Below are positions 38,850 to 47,795 of a stretch of 64,000 bases of DNA, piece after piece (position 1 is the first letter of the stretch; each line of letters starts with the position of its first letter). The stretch spans positions 3,257,532 through 3,321,531 of the forward strand of contig CP070695.1 in the NCBI GenBank assembly GCA_020353515.1, given 5' to 3'. The notes beneath the pieces were generated by a model. The model ran no database searches, was not told the DNA's origin, and saw nothing but the letters and a program-made list of their open reading frames with translations. This DNA is from Candidatus Heimdallarchaeota archaeon (lineage in GTDB: Archaea > Asgardarchaeota > Heimdallarchaeia > Hodarchaeales > Hodarchaeaceae). The position numbers and the translations under genes were made by a program.

Positions 38850-39785
38850 TCAGATTTTCGGTATAAGAGGGACTTGTCTCGTAAAGGCGGCAGAATTGTA
38901 ATAAGTGCTAACTTTTTCAATTGTTTCAAAAGGAATATCCATTTTGTTGCTTATCTCAGTGATAGATCGCCCCTGTTCAAGTTGAATTATAATCCTATCA
39001 ACATCGCTAACAGGAAGCTCAAAAAAATACATGTACTTATTTTGGACACCAGGTATGAGATCAGCTTTGGATAAATTCTTAATAGCATCTGGAAGTTTAA
39101 GAAATTCAGCGACTTTAAATATTTGAGAACGATATAGATCCCCTAAAGGCATTAAATCGGCAGAATGTCCATGCCCCCATTTAGTAAATAAGCCAGTATA
39201 AAGCTCAGTTTTATTGATTGTACCTACAAGAAAACGATTCTCTTGTTCTGCAGTAAAATATGCAACTGCCATTTGAAGCCTAGAACGAAATTTATTGTGA
39301 GCGATAATTTTATGAATCCATTTTTCTCTATCTGAAGTTGCTTTTCCTACCATTCCATAAGTTTTCTCTTCAATTTCTTTCTTAGCCGTGTTCTTTAGCA
39401 GAGAGTAACTAAGTGGTTGGTACAATGAAGGAATTTCTCGAACAGACCCAGGTATAAGATCTTTGGATTCAAAGCTCTTAAGCATGGGTTCTATATCACA
39501 TCGTACTATATTTTCTTCGGGAACCTCTAAAAATTCAATTGATGCTTCTAGAGTTTCTTCTTGTTTTTCAAAATATTTATTAGTTCTTATGAGTAATTTT
39601 ACTTCTTCGGCACCCACAGCTTCTAGACATAATTTAGAAACTATTGTTGAGTCCATATAACCAGAAAATAGTACTAAAACGCCTTCTACTCCCCTTTCCT
39701 CTATAGATGTTCCAATAAAATGAACAATTCGTTCCACAATATTAGCTACATCATTACTAATATCAAGCACTTTCAAGTTTCCCAC
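38850..39785 (-). CDS. Divergent NAD synthetase (NadE)-like paralog
   Basis: NadE architecture with altered motifs: SGYMDS, GTINKTE, FTKWGHG and PLGDLYRSQ. Confidence 0.8.
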   Translation of the reverse strand: MGNLKVLDISNDVANIVERIVHFIGTSIEERGVEGVLVLFSGYMDSTIVSKLCLEAVGAEEVKLLIRTNKYFEKQEETLEASIEFLEVPEENIVRCDIEPMLKSFESKDLIPGSVREIPSLYQPLSYSLLKNTAKKEIEEKTYGMVGKATSDREKWIHKIIAHNKFRSRLQMAVAYFTAEQENRFLVGTINKTELYTGLFTKWGHGHSADLMPLGDLYRSQIFKVAEFLKLPDAIKNLSKADLIPGVQNKYMYFFELPVSDVDRIIIQLEQGRSITEISNKMDIPFETIEKVSTYYNSAAFTRQVPLIPKI

Positions 39786-39976
39786 TATATGATTAGATTT
39801 TCATGAGTCAGTAATAATAATAAGTTGTTTTTTCTAGAGATTATAGAATAAGTTGTTAGTCCATTTGTTAAATCTAAGAAGAGAAATATGGTATTTCTTT
39901 TTTCAAAGCAACTAAATGATTGATTTTTCTGTTTTTTTAAAAGAATATGGTTTGTTACAAGTGTCTTTAAATGCAT
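39785..39976 (-). CDS. Putative small protein (63 aa)
   Basis: AGGTGA lies just upstream of the ATG; its TAG overlaps the GTG start of the NadE paralog (TAGTG). Confidence 0.4.
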   Translation of the reverse strand: MHLKTLVTNHILLKKQKNQSFSCFEKRNTIFLFLDLTNGLTTYSIISRKNNLLLLLTHENLII

Positions 39977-40218
39977 AATTCACCTGCTTGGGTCACTAAA
40001 CTTTATTAATATCATTCATCTTACTTCTAATCAGTTTATTTGATGATTAAAATAAAATTTCCTCTTTAAAGCTCAAGAAAATAGATAGGATGACTAGCTT
40101 CGAATTATGTTTTATTCGAAAATATTGTATATCTTTTTCTATTTCGTTGAATTGATTCTGTTTGATTGCTTTTCATCTTTTTCATTCTTATTTTTGGTAA
40201 AAAGGAAGATTCTGTTTC

Positions 40219-43038
40219 GTGTCGTTCGACATATTAGATCCTAGGCTTCAAAAAGTTTTAGATGAGTTAGGTCTGTCACCGACTCCTAGGCAATTAGAAT
40301 ATCTTGAAGCTATCATTGCTAAGGAAGATGTGTTGATTGTTGCGAGTACCGGATCAGGAAAAACCTTTGGAACAATCATTGCTTGTCTTCACCGAATACT
40401 TATCGAAGAATCGAATCCAATTAACACTGTTGTAATTACTCCACTTAAAGCCCTAAATCGTGATATTTTTCGACGAGTACTACCCTCTTTAGGAGAAAAA
40501 TTAGGCATCTCAATCGCTGTTCGTCATGGAGATACTACTAGTGCTGAAAGAAGAAGACAAACCAAAAATCCTCCCCAAATTTTAATTTCAACTCCTGAAT
40601 TGTTTCAGGCTTTGTTACCTGCTAAAATTCTTGGCCGAGAGCGATTAAAAAACGTTCAAACCGTAGTCATTGACGAAATACATGAATTAGTTGAAACTAA
40701 AAGAGGAGTTCAGCTTTCATTAGCTTTAGAGCGCCTATCAACCCGCGTAGGGAAAAAAATTCAGCGAATAGGAATTTCAGCGACTTTAGGAAATCCCAAA
40801 AAAGTAATGGAATTTCTTGCTCCAGAAAACGCCGATTTTAAGGTTATTGAGATCCCATCGTTAAAACAACTTCAACTAGCAATTGAATTTCCATCTGAAT
40901 TGTCATCAAACCTCCAAGATTTCACTAAAATCCTACAAACGACTGAGGAGGCAGCAGCAAGATTTTTTCGATTAGTAGAAATTATCGAAAAAGAATCAGG
41001 AACAGTTTTACTCTTTACTAACACACGACAACAAGCTGAAATTCTTGGTTATCGTTTCAACCGATATAATGAAAATATTGACCCTGATAAACGAATTACT
41101 TTTGAGGTTCACCATTCCAGTCTATCTGCTCAATATCGTTTACAAGCTGAAACAGAGGTGAGAGAGGGAAATTTAGAGCTAATTATAGCTACTTCCTCTC
41201 TAGAATTAGGAATAGATATTGGAGCTGTAAGTCTTGTAATCCAATACATGAGTCCAAGAAGAATTGAAACTCTCATTCAAAGAGTTGGAAGAGCTGGACA
41301 TGGCTTAGACAGAATAAGTCGTGGTATAATCATAGCAGAGAACCCCCGAGATCTTTTTGAGTCTTTTACAATTCAGGAACGAGTTGGTCAGGAGGAAGTT
41401 GAACCAACTACGATCCATTCAACAGCGTTAGACATTTTATTCCATAGTATCGTCGGGATTTTACTTGATTTCGGAGAAACCAACATACAAAAAATAATGG
41501 GAATTATAAAAAGGGCATATCCTTACAAGAATTTCACATCTAAAGATTTTTTACCCTTATTACAGTATGGTAAGGAGAATCATTTCTTTTTTGTTAATAA
41601 AAACCCAGGCACAGGACTGATTTCCTTAAGGGCTAAACGAAAAGCTTACCAGTATTATTATTCAAATCTTAGTAGCATTCCAACTAAAAAAAGTTACAGT
41701 GTCGTTGATATCGGTAGACAAAGTAGAGTTGGACATTTAGATGAGGCTTTTGTTTCTACTAGGGGTGAAAAAGGAGCTATTTTTATTTTAAATGGACTTC
41801 CTTGGGAATTTTTGGCACAAAAAGAAGACCGAATAGAAGTTCGCCAAGTAAAAGGCTTAACAGAGGCAGCGATACCGACGTGGGAAGGAGAATTAATCCC
41901 TGTTTCTCAGATGGTAGCTGAAGCAGCAAAGGATCTATTCGAAAATGATCTAATAGCTGAAATGGATGCCTCACCAGTCCAGAATGAACTACTAACTTTC
42001 ATTAAGGAACATAAAAAACTAGGAATTATTCCAACAAAGCATAAAATTCTAATCGAGTCTGCAGGAAGACAGTTAGTCGTACATAGTTTCTTAGGATCAA
42101 AAGGAAATGAAACCTTAGGATTATTGATTTCTTCTATTGTTGGTGCAAAACAAGGGCATTCAGTTGAATTTCGTTCTGATCCATATTCAATTTTTCTTTC
42201 ATTGCCACGACCAACAAGTCTAGTTCCTATTCTTGAGTCAATCAAGCCAGAACATATTTTCCCTTTATTAAAGCACAGAATTGGAAATAGTGACCTCTTT
42301 AACTGGAGGATTCGTCAAGTAGCTAAGCGGTTTGGTGCTGTCACAAAAGACCTTGAAAGCTCACCGATGGTAACTAGATTGATTGTCTCTCGTTATAAGG
42401 ATACAATTATTGGGGAAGAAACGATTAATGAAATTCTCTGTGAAAAAATGGATGTCAACGCAGTAATCAACTTCTTTACACAACTTCATACTGGGATAAT
42501 TAGTATAGAAGAAATTCCTGTAAAACGTTTTGAATCTCCTCTTTCATTTGCAGCAACTCAACCAATTTCGCTGAATGTTCTCAAACTAAGACCTTCACAT
42601 ATAATTTTAGAAAAAGTAGAGAAAAGGATCCGAAATACTTGGATAAGATTGGTATGTATGCGCCTTGATTGCAAATTCGAAAAAGTACAGCGTGTAGAAA
42701 GTCTAGCTGAAGACATTCAATGCCCTAAATGTCATTCACGTTTCATTGCGATTGTTCATCAGAATAAAACAGGTACCAAAGGACTACTAAAAAAATCAAT
42801 TTCAAAAGACATTAAGTTAACTCGAGAAGAGAAAAAGGAGATAAACACTGCGAAAAAATCGGCCGATTTAATACTATCTTTCGGTAAAAAAGCCGCTTTC
42901 GTTCTAGCTGGACGAGGTATTGGCCCGACCACTGCTATTAGAATTCTTAGATCTCCCCAGAAAGATAAAGAGGATCTTCTCGCATTAATATACAAGCACG
43001 AAGCTGATTTTGCTCGTACGCGGGAATACTGGGATTAA
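40219..43038 (+). CDS. lhr: Lhr-family SF2 helicase (archaeal, with C-terminal Cys4 zinc motif)
   Basis: STGSGKT, PLKALNRD, RHGDT, DEIH, SAT, HHSSLS, TSSLELGID, QRVGRAGH, IPTWEGE and C..C/CPKC. Confidence 0.95.
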   Translation: MSFDILDPRLQKVLDELGLSPTPRQLEYLEAIIAKEDVLIVASTGSGKTFGTIIACLHRILIEESNPINTVVITPLKALNRDIFRRVLPSLGEKLGISIAVRHGDTTSAERRRQTKNPPQILISTPELFQALLPAKILGRERLKNVQTVVIDEIHELVETKRGVQLSLALERLSTRVGKKIQRIGISATLGNPKKVMEFLAPENADFKVIEIPSLKQLQLAIEFPSELSSNLQDFTKILQTTEEAAARFFRLVEIIEKESGTVLLFTNTRQQAEILGYRFNRYNENIDPDKRITFEVHHSSLSAQYRLQAETEVREGNLELIIATSSLELGIDIGAVSLVIQYMSPRRIETLIQRVGRAGHGLDRISRGIIIAENPRDLFESFTIQERVGQEEVEPTTIHSTALDILFHSIVGILLDFGETNIQKIMGIIKRAYPYKNFTSKDFLPLLQYGKENHFFFVNKNPGTGLISLRAKRKAYQYYYSNLSSIPTKKSYSVVDIGRQSRVGHLDEAFVSTRGEKGAIFILNGLPWEFLAQKEDRIEVRQVKGLTEAAIPTWEGELIPVSQMVAEAAKDLFENDLIAEMDASPVQNELLTFIKEHKKLGIIPTKHKILIESAGRQLVVHSFLGSKGNETLGLLISSIVGAKQGHSVEFRSDPYSIFLSLPRPTSLVPILESIKPEHIFPLLKHRIGNSDLFNWRIRQVAKRFGAVTKDLESSPMVTRLIVSRYKDTIIGEETINEILCEKMDVNAVINFFTQLHTGIISIEEIPVKRFESPLSFAATQPISLNVLKLRPSHIILEKVEKRIRNTWIRLVCMRLDCKFEKVQRVESLAEDIQCPKCHSRFIAIVHQNKTGTKGLLKKSISKDIKLTREEKKEINTAKKSADLILSFGKKAAFVLAGRGIGPTTAIRILRSPQKDKEDLLALIYKHEADFARTREYWD

Positions 43039-43077
43039 ATTACTATTACTTATACTCATTTTTGCGAATTTGATAAT

Positions 43078-43917
43078 TTACAGGTCTTCTAGCAACCCTA
43101 AATCGACCCCATTTGTAAGTAGTATTTTGAGTTTTGGATGTTGAATTACACTTCTCAATATTGAAAATGGCTGACTTCCTTCCTTCCTTGAAATTTGGTT
43201 AAGAACGAATCCACTCAAAAATCTATTATAAGCTGGAAGAATAGTGAGAGAAATTTTGTTATTCAATCCAGTTATCTCGTTTTCTAATTGGTGATTGAAA
43301 ATTTTAAGTACTTCTTCTCGAGAAACAATTAATTTTGCAAACACAGGATATCTATGACGGAGTTGTAGCTCATCTATAATTTCGATTGTAGGATGCACAT
43401 GTCCTAGCATTATTTCTGAAGAAAATAACACATTTTTTCCAGGTTTCATATGCCCATGGAAGACACCCAGCTGGTTAAACAACGAGGCTTCCTTCTCTGG
43501 ATATATTTTGATTTTATCTTGTAAAGATTTTATTATTGAAGTATCCTGATTCCCTCGTATGAGACTAATCTCTAATCCTTCTATACTAATAATCTGTTCC
43601 ATAAAGTAGGTCAGTGCTTTTTCTCTCAACCATTTATGTGAAACCCATGGCCCGTTTTCTTTCCGTTTTAAACTTCTAAAATGGATGAAACTATGTTCTA
43701 GATCCCCCAAGATTATCAGTTGATCTGTTAATGTCTCTTCTATATCTTTTTTTAGTTGATCGATTATTTCAAAAGACCATTCTGGTTTACTGGATTTTAA
43801 TCCTCTGTTTGCCCACTCTGCTTCAAATCCTAAATGAAGATCAGCAACTAGCAGTACCTTTGTATTGTTGAACTTACGTAACAAGTACCGTCTGTCAATT
43901 GAATTCTCGTGAGCCAT
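43078..43917 (-). CDS. Metallophosphoesterase (Lhr-associated MPE / COG1407-like)
   Basis: ADLHLG, LGDLEH, RGNQD, FHGH, GHVHP and LPAYN. Confidence 0.88.
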   Translation of the reverse strand: MAHENSIDRRYLLRKFNNTKVLLVADLHLGFEAEWANRGLKSSKPEWSFEIIDQLKKDIEETLTDQLIILGDLEHSFIHFRSLKRKENGPWVSHKWLREKALTYFMEQIISIEGLEISLIRGNQDTSIIKSLQDKIKIYPEKEASLFNQLGVFHGHMKPGKNVLFSSEIMLGHVHPTIEIIDELQLRHRYPVFAKLIVSREEVLKIFNHQLENEITGLNNKISLTILPAYNRFLSGFVLNQISRKEGSQPFSILRSVIQHPKLKILLTNGVDLGLLEDL

Positions 43918-43937
43918 ATTACATCAAATTTGGAATT

Positions 43938-44639
43938 TTATTTTCTTTTCAACATTCTGCGTACTATTACGTTTCTATCTGCTATTGATTTTAGTGCTTG
44001 CTCAAAATTTTCATTAGGAGATAAACCATAATTTAAGAATAGTCCTGTTCGACCAACCTTGTCTCTTCGTGAAAGGACACGTATCCTTTCATCAATCATT
44101 CTTTGTGATAAGGATAGAATTTGAATTACTTTGTTTTTATTTGTACTAATGGAAGAAAACCAATATCCTTCTTTTTCAGGCTCAATTAGCAACAATTTTT
44201 TTGTTACTCCAGCTATTCTTTGGTTAAGATGGAGATCCTTGAGGTAAAGATATCCAGAAAAACGATAAAATTCCTCTTCCCTTTCAGTGGGGTGACATAA
44301 TGGAAAACTGATATTAATTTCATCCTGCAAAGATAAAACACCACGTATAGTAGAGTTTGGAGTTCCCATCATTATTCTATGATCAGTAAATTGTAAGTCA
44401 TCTATCAAGTCCAATTTATAGGAGGGAATTTGAACAGGGATATGAATATCAATATCGGATGTTTCGCAAACGTCCCCTCTCGCCACAGAACCGTGAATAA
44501 ATCCGCTAATCCCTTTTTGTTCTAGAATTTCTAATATTTTGATTGCAGTTCTCCGTAATCTTTCCAAGAGGATCCATTCATCTTCAGTATAACTATGAAA
44601 TTCTCGTCCAACATGTTTTACTATTTTTTCTCTAGGCAT
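43938..44639 (-). CDS. Pol-beta superfamily nucleotidyltransferase (archaeal COG2413-like)
   Basis: HGSVARGDV..SDIDI, EEEFYRFSG and RIRVLSRRDKVGRTG. Confidence 0.88.
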   Translation of the reverse strand: MPREKIVKHVGREFHSYTEDEWILLERLRRTAIKILEILEQKGISGFIHGSVARGDVCETSDIDIHIPVQIPSYKLDLIDDLQFTDHRIMMGTPNSTIRGVLSLQDEINISFPLCHPTEREEEFYRFSGYLYLKDLHLNQRIAGVTKKLLLIEPEKEGYWFSSISTNKNKVIQILSLSQRMIDERIRVLSRRDKVGRTGLFLNYGLSPNENFEQALKSIADRNVIVRRMLKRK

Positions 44640-44793
44640 TGATTCCAGCTGTTTCTTTTAAACCCGTTTTAAATCCATTGCTAATTTCAATCGTTTTTAA
44701 TAAGGCACAGATTCCTTCTTGGAAATGACTCAACTTATTAGTTACAGCAGGGATTATTGTTGTCTGTCGTGGTTTCTCAACTAGAAAAAACAT
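44632..44793 (-). CDS. Putative small protein (53 aa), not in the ORF track
   Basis: Translates as MFFLVEKPRQTTIIPAVTNKLSHFQEGICALLKTIEISNGFKTGLKETAGINA; its stop overlaps the start of the nucleotidyltransferase. Confidence 0.3.
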   Translation of the reverse strand: MFFLVEKPRQTTIIPAVTNKLSHFQEGICALLKTIEISNGFKTGLKETAGINA

Positions 44794-44861
44794 ATCGTCG
44801 GCCCAGTGGAGAAATGAATTTCATCTCCCGTTTTCGATCGATAGCTGATTAAATTCTCTTA

Positions 44862-45113
44862 TTACCAACCAGAAACTATATTTTTGCTGTAATGGATATC
44901 TAAAGTTCGTGTCTCAAAGTCGATTTGATAGTCAAGATTAGACCCAAAGGATGATTGAAGCTTTGGAATCTCAGCAACACAGGCTTTACAGATATCCAAT
45001 GAAGAAATAAAGTTAATTAAGCAAGATAACTCATCTTGTTCGACATTTTCTTTAGTATAGTTTCTGACACGATAATTTTCAATTATTAAAGTCTGATTTG
45101 GTTGAGACAACAT
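44862..45113 (-). CDS. Hypothetical small protein (83 aa, one CxxC)
   Basis: Fills the intergenic gap, co-oriented with its neighbours, contains CKAC. Confidence 0.5.
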   Translation of the reverse strand: MLSQPNQTLIIENYRVRNYTKENVEQDELSCLINFISSLDICKACVAEIPKLQSSFGSNLDYQIDFETRTLDIHYSKNIVSGW

Positions 45114-45119
45114 GAATCC

Positions 45120-45139
45120 CTAGCTTTTCTTAAAGCTAG
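45120..45139. promoter_or_regulatory. Perfect 8-bp inverted repeat CTAGCTTT-TCTT-AAAGCTAG (candidate operator or leader hairpin)
   Basis: Directly visible; 6 nt upstream of the minus-strand ATG at 45113. Confidence 0.35.
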
Positions 45140-45200
45140 TTCGATTCATTTCTAAAATTGACATATTATCAAGATGTTACTACAAATTTCTCACAAAAGT

Positions 45201-46040
45201 TCAAAAAATTTCCAGAGAATCTTGTTCAATACCTATCATTTCTTGAATCATCTCTTGATAGTTATCAAACATACCAGGGCCGAGTTTAATTGCATAAAAA
45301 ACTTCAGCTAATTCTATATCACCATTTGATAAATTAGCAAGTGCTTGGGAAACCATTCTTAACATAGTACCAGCTCCATCCTGTAGCTGAGTTTTCTGTT
45401 CTTCAGTTAAGTTGGTAGGATCCGCTCCTTCTACAAAAAGGTCAGCCATCATCTCTACTTGTGATTGATGACAAAATATTGCTTTCATTTTTTTATCCAT
45501 TGTATGAGTAATATCTACTAAACGATTAGGTTTATGTTCTATAGGGATCATATACCATAGTTCTTCTGGTTGGTGAGGTCCCAGGCCCTCTTTCAGATGT
45601 TCGGGATACATCATAGGAAAGCAAGAAAATGTAACTGCTTCAGATGCCATCCGTCCCACCTCAATATGATCTGGGTGAACCTGATATTTTTTCCATGGAT
45701 CAAATGTTATTACTCTATCCGGTTTAAGTTTTCGAACCCAGTATATTAAACGCTCTTTTAATTGATCAATGTGATCACGAAGAAAACCATCGGGAAAATC
45801 TAAGAAAATTGCTTTTTCTCCTCCAAGGGTTTTCATAGCATTCGTTAATTCTACCTTTCTGGTCTTTGCTAACTCTTCAGGGGTTATATCAGTTATCTTA
45901 GCTCCTAAATTACCATTTGTCGCACAAATAGCAAAAATCTGATGCCCTTCCTCGGCCCACTTAGCTAGAGTGCCTCCCGCCAAGAATTCAGCATCATCAG
46001 GATGAGCATATATTGCAAGGATCACTTTTTTATGGGTCAT
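45201..46040 (-). CDS. PIG-L/LmbE family deacetylase
   Basis: AHPDDAE, TNGNLG, R..E, DFPDG, HPDH and HQSQ. Confidence 0.92.
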   Translation of the reverse strand: MTHKKVILAIYAHPDDAEFLAGGTLAKWAEEGHQIFAICATNGNLGAKITDITPEELAKTRKVELTNAMKTLGGEKAIFLDFPDGFLRDHIDQLKERLIYWVRKLKPDRVITFDPWKKYQVHPDHIEVGRMASEAVTFSCFPMMYPEHLKEGLGPHQPEELWYMIPIEHKPNRLVDITHTMDKKMKAIFCHQSQVEMMADLFVEGADPTNLTEEQKTQLQDGAGTMLRMVSQALANLSNGDIELAEVFYAIKLGPGMFDNYQEMIQEMIGIEQDSLEIF

Positions 46041-46149
46041 TCTATTTAAACTCCAATTTCTGTTTAAGGAAATTCTTGATATTGTGATAAACCTTCTTTT
46101 GAGCTTTCACATTTTTTTACTTTAAATCTTCATCAGAAATTTAAGGGGA

Positions 46150-47034
46150 TTACATTGAACGAATAATTTCTGATTTAGATTTAGTAACTTTAGTTCTGGT
46201 TGTACTTATATTTTGACGATGCTTTGAGGAATTTGGAATTAGTGTGGTATTAAAACTACGAATCAATTTGAATAAATGCTCTGGAATTGCAGGATTCCCT
46301 ACTAATAACTGGACACCATTTTGGATGAATTTTTCTATCCGAGTTTGATAATTTTGGGATGTGAGGACAAATCTATCAAAACTTGATCGTAATATACACT
46401 GAATTTCTGGGATTAAATCATTCCAAAGTTGTTTGTTCATTGGTGGAGTTATAAAAGAATACCCTTTCTTCTTCAATTCTTGTTGAGTTATATTTCTTCG
46501 AATTAAGTAACCTAGCAATGATTTGATAGCCTCTTCATCAGAAATAGAGTGAGCTAATGGGGAATATACAGCTATGGGGGGTTTAAATTCGTTCGAAATA
46601 ACACGAGGGTCTCCATGAAGTATAAAGGGGATAATTGGGGCATACTGGTGTTGTAATTTCTGGATTAATTTTGAATTCACGTTTTCCACTCCTAAAAACA
46701 ATACAGAGGAATTTTTTTCACGTATTCGAGTAAATATATTGTGGAATGCTTTTGTTAAAGGTAATTGGGTGTCAATAGAGGGATAGTTGGGGTGCCCTGC
46801 AACAATGCAAAAATAGAGATGAGGATTATTTCTTGCTATCCGTAAATAATTCTCGAGGAGATGCTTTCGTTGGAAGTGAAATTCGCAACCCCGTATTGCA
46901 ATAGTGAAAACCAAAAAATGACGAATTTGTTCAACTATCTTTTCTAATTCATCTGGTTTGAGGAGAGGCTTTTGTCCTTCGTAATCAATAAACACAAATC
47001 GATGAAATTTATCTGCATAAAATATTGCTTCCAA
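46150..47034 (-). CDS. Conserved archaeal hypothetical protein (resembles the halo/methanoarchaeal DUF7388 'luciferase-like' family)
   Basis: IDYEG, VAGHPNY, AVYSP and GYLIRR; frame stays open upstream past 47130 and encodes TGIALK. Confidence 0.55.
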   Translation of the reverse strand: MEAIFYADKFHRFVFIDYEGQKPLLKPDELEKIVEQIRHFLVFTIAIRGCEFHFQRKHLLENYLRIARNNPHLYFCIVAGHPNYPSIDTQLPLTKAFHNIFTRIREKNSSVLFLGVENVNSKLIQKLQHQYAPIIPFILHGDPRVISNEFKPPIAVYSPLAHSISDEEAIKSLLGYLIRRNITQQELKKKGYSFITPPMNKQLWNDLIPEIQCILRSSFDRFVLTSQNYQTRIEKFIQNGVQLLVGNPAIPEHLFKLIRSFNTTLIPNSSKHRQNISTTRTKVTKSKSEIIRSM

Positions 47035-47270
47035 TAACTCTCGTGTTGTTTTGAATAAAGTTCGTTTCAGGGCAATACCAGTTAGACATGTTGTAGAATC
47101 AGTTAGGAACGTATTCCCACATTTCTTTATACCTCGTCAGGGACTAATTCAGGAACTTCATAAGGACCTGAATTTTCAGCATTTTTTGTTGAAAAAATGG
47201 TTTTTACGTTGGAGAACTCCTAAACTGTTTTGAATGAATTTTAAAAAGACGTTACCAAGGTGGATTTTCA

Positions 47271-47591
47271 ATGTTGGACGATGAGAATGGACCATTTGAT
47301 GAATCAGATGAGCGTGTGCAGCCTGAAGTGATTCCTTCTAAAGAATTTTTCAGAATTCTTATCTTTCTTGCGGTAATAGCTTCTATTTCTGGTTTTTTCA
47401 TTCTCCTTAGTATAATAGCAGTTTCAATATCAAATGCAACAATTTTATACCCTTATGGCTTTGTCTTAGGAATGTTACTCTTCTTAGGTGGACTTATTCT
47501 GTTATTAGGCATGATCTTTCTTCATCAAGAATCAAAAAAGACACCAGGTGTGGTTTCAACCAATACTAACGAAAATGAGCCAAAGATTTGA
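47271..47591 (+). CDS. Small 2-TM hypothetical protein
   Basis: Two hydrophobic helices and an upstream AGGTGG ribosome-binding site. Confidence 0.65.
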   Translation: MLDDENGPFDESDERVQPEVIPSKEFFRILIFLAVIASISGFFILLSIIAVSISNATILYPYGFVLGMLLFLGGLILLLGMIFLHQESKKTPGVVSTNTNENEPKI

Positions 47592-47795
47592 CATAAATAA
47601 TCCTCTGTTTGTCTCATTATATATCCCATAAGAAAACTTAATAACCTCAATCATTGTAATTGAATTATTATTTTGAAAGAACTCGTTATTAAATTGTCTT
47701 TAAGTTCTGTTCCCACCATCCTCTGTCTGTATCAGATGCCATTAAGTCGGTATTTTTAAAGGAATGCGAGAATGATTATATAGGAGCCAAATTCG

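Noticed and set aside
40040-40100. Box C/D sRNA (TGATGA)
   Set aside because: No CTGA D box at a suitable distance; expected by chance in AT-rich DNA.
43938-44639. MNT-HEPN toxin-antitoxin or CBASS-type defence nucleotidyltransferase
   Set aside because: No HEPN or effector partner; length and C-terminal motifs fit the conserved archaeal COG2413-like family.
44808-44860. Fluoride (crcB) riboswitch-like pattern GGAGA..TCTCC..GCTGAT
   Set aside because: Loop length and conserved nucleotides do not match, and there is no suitable downstream gene on that strand.
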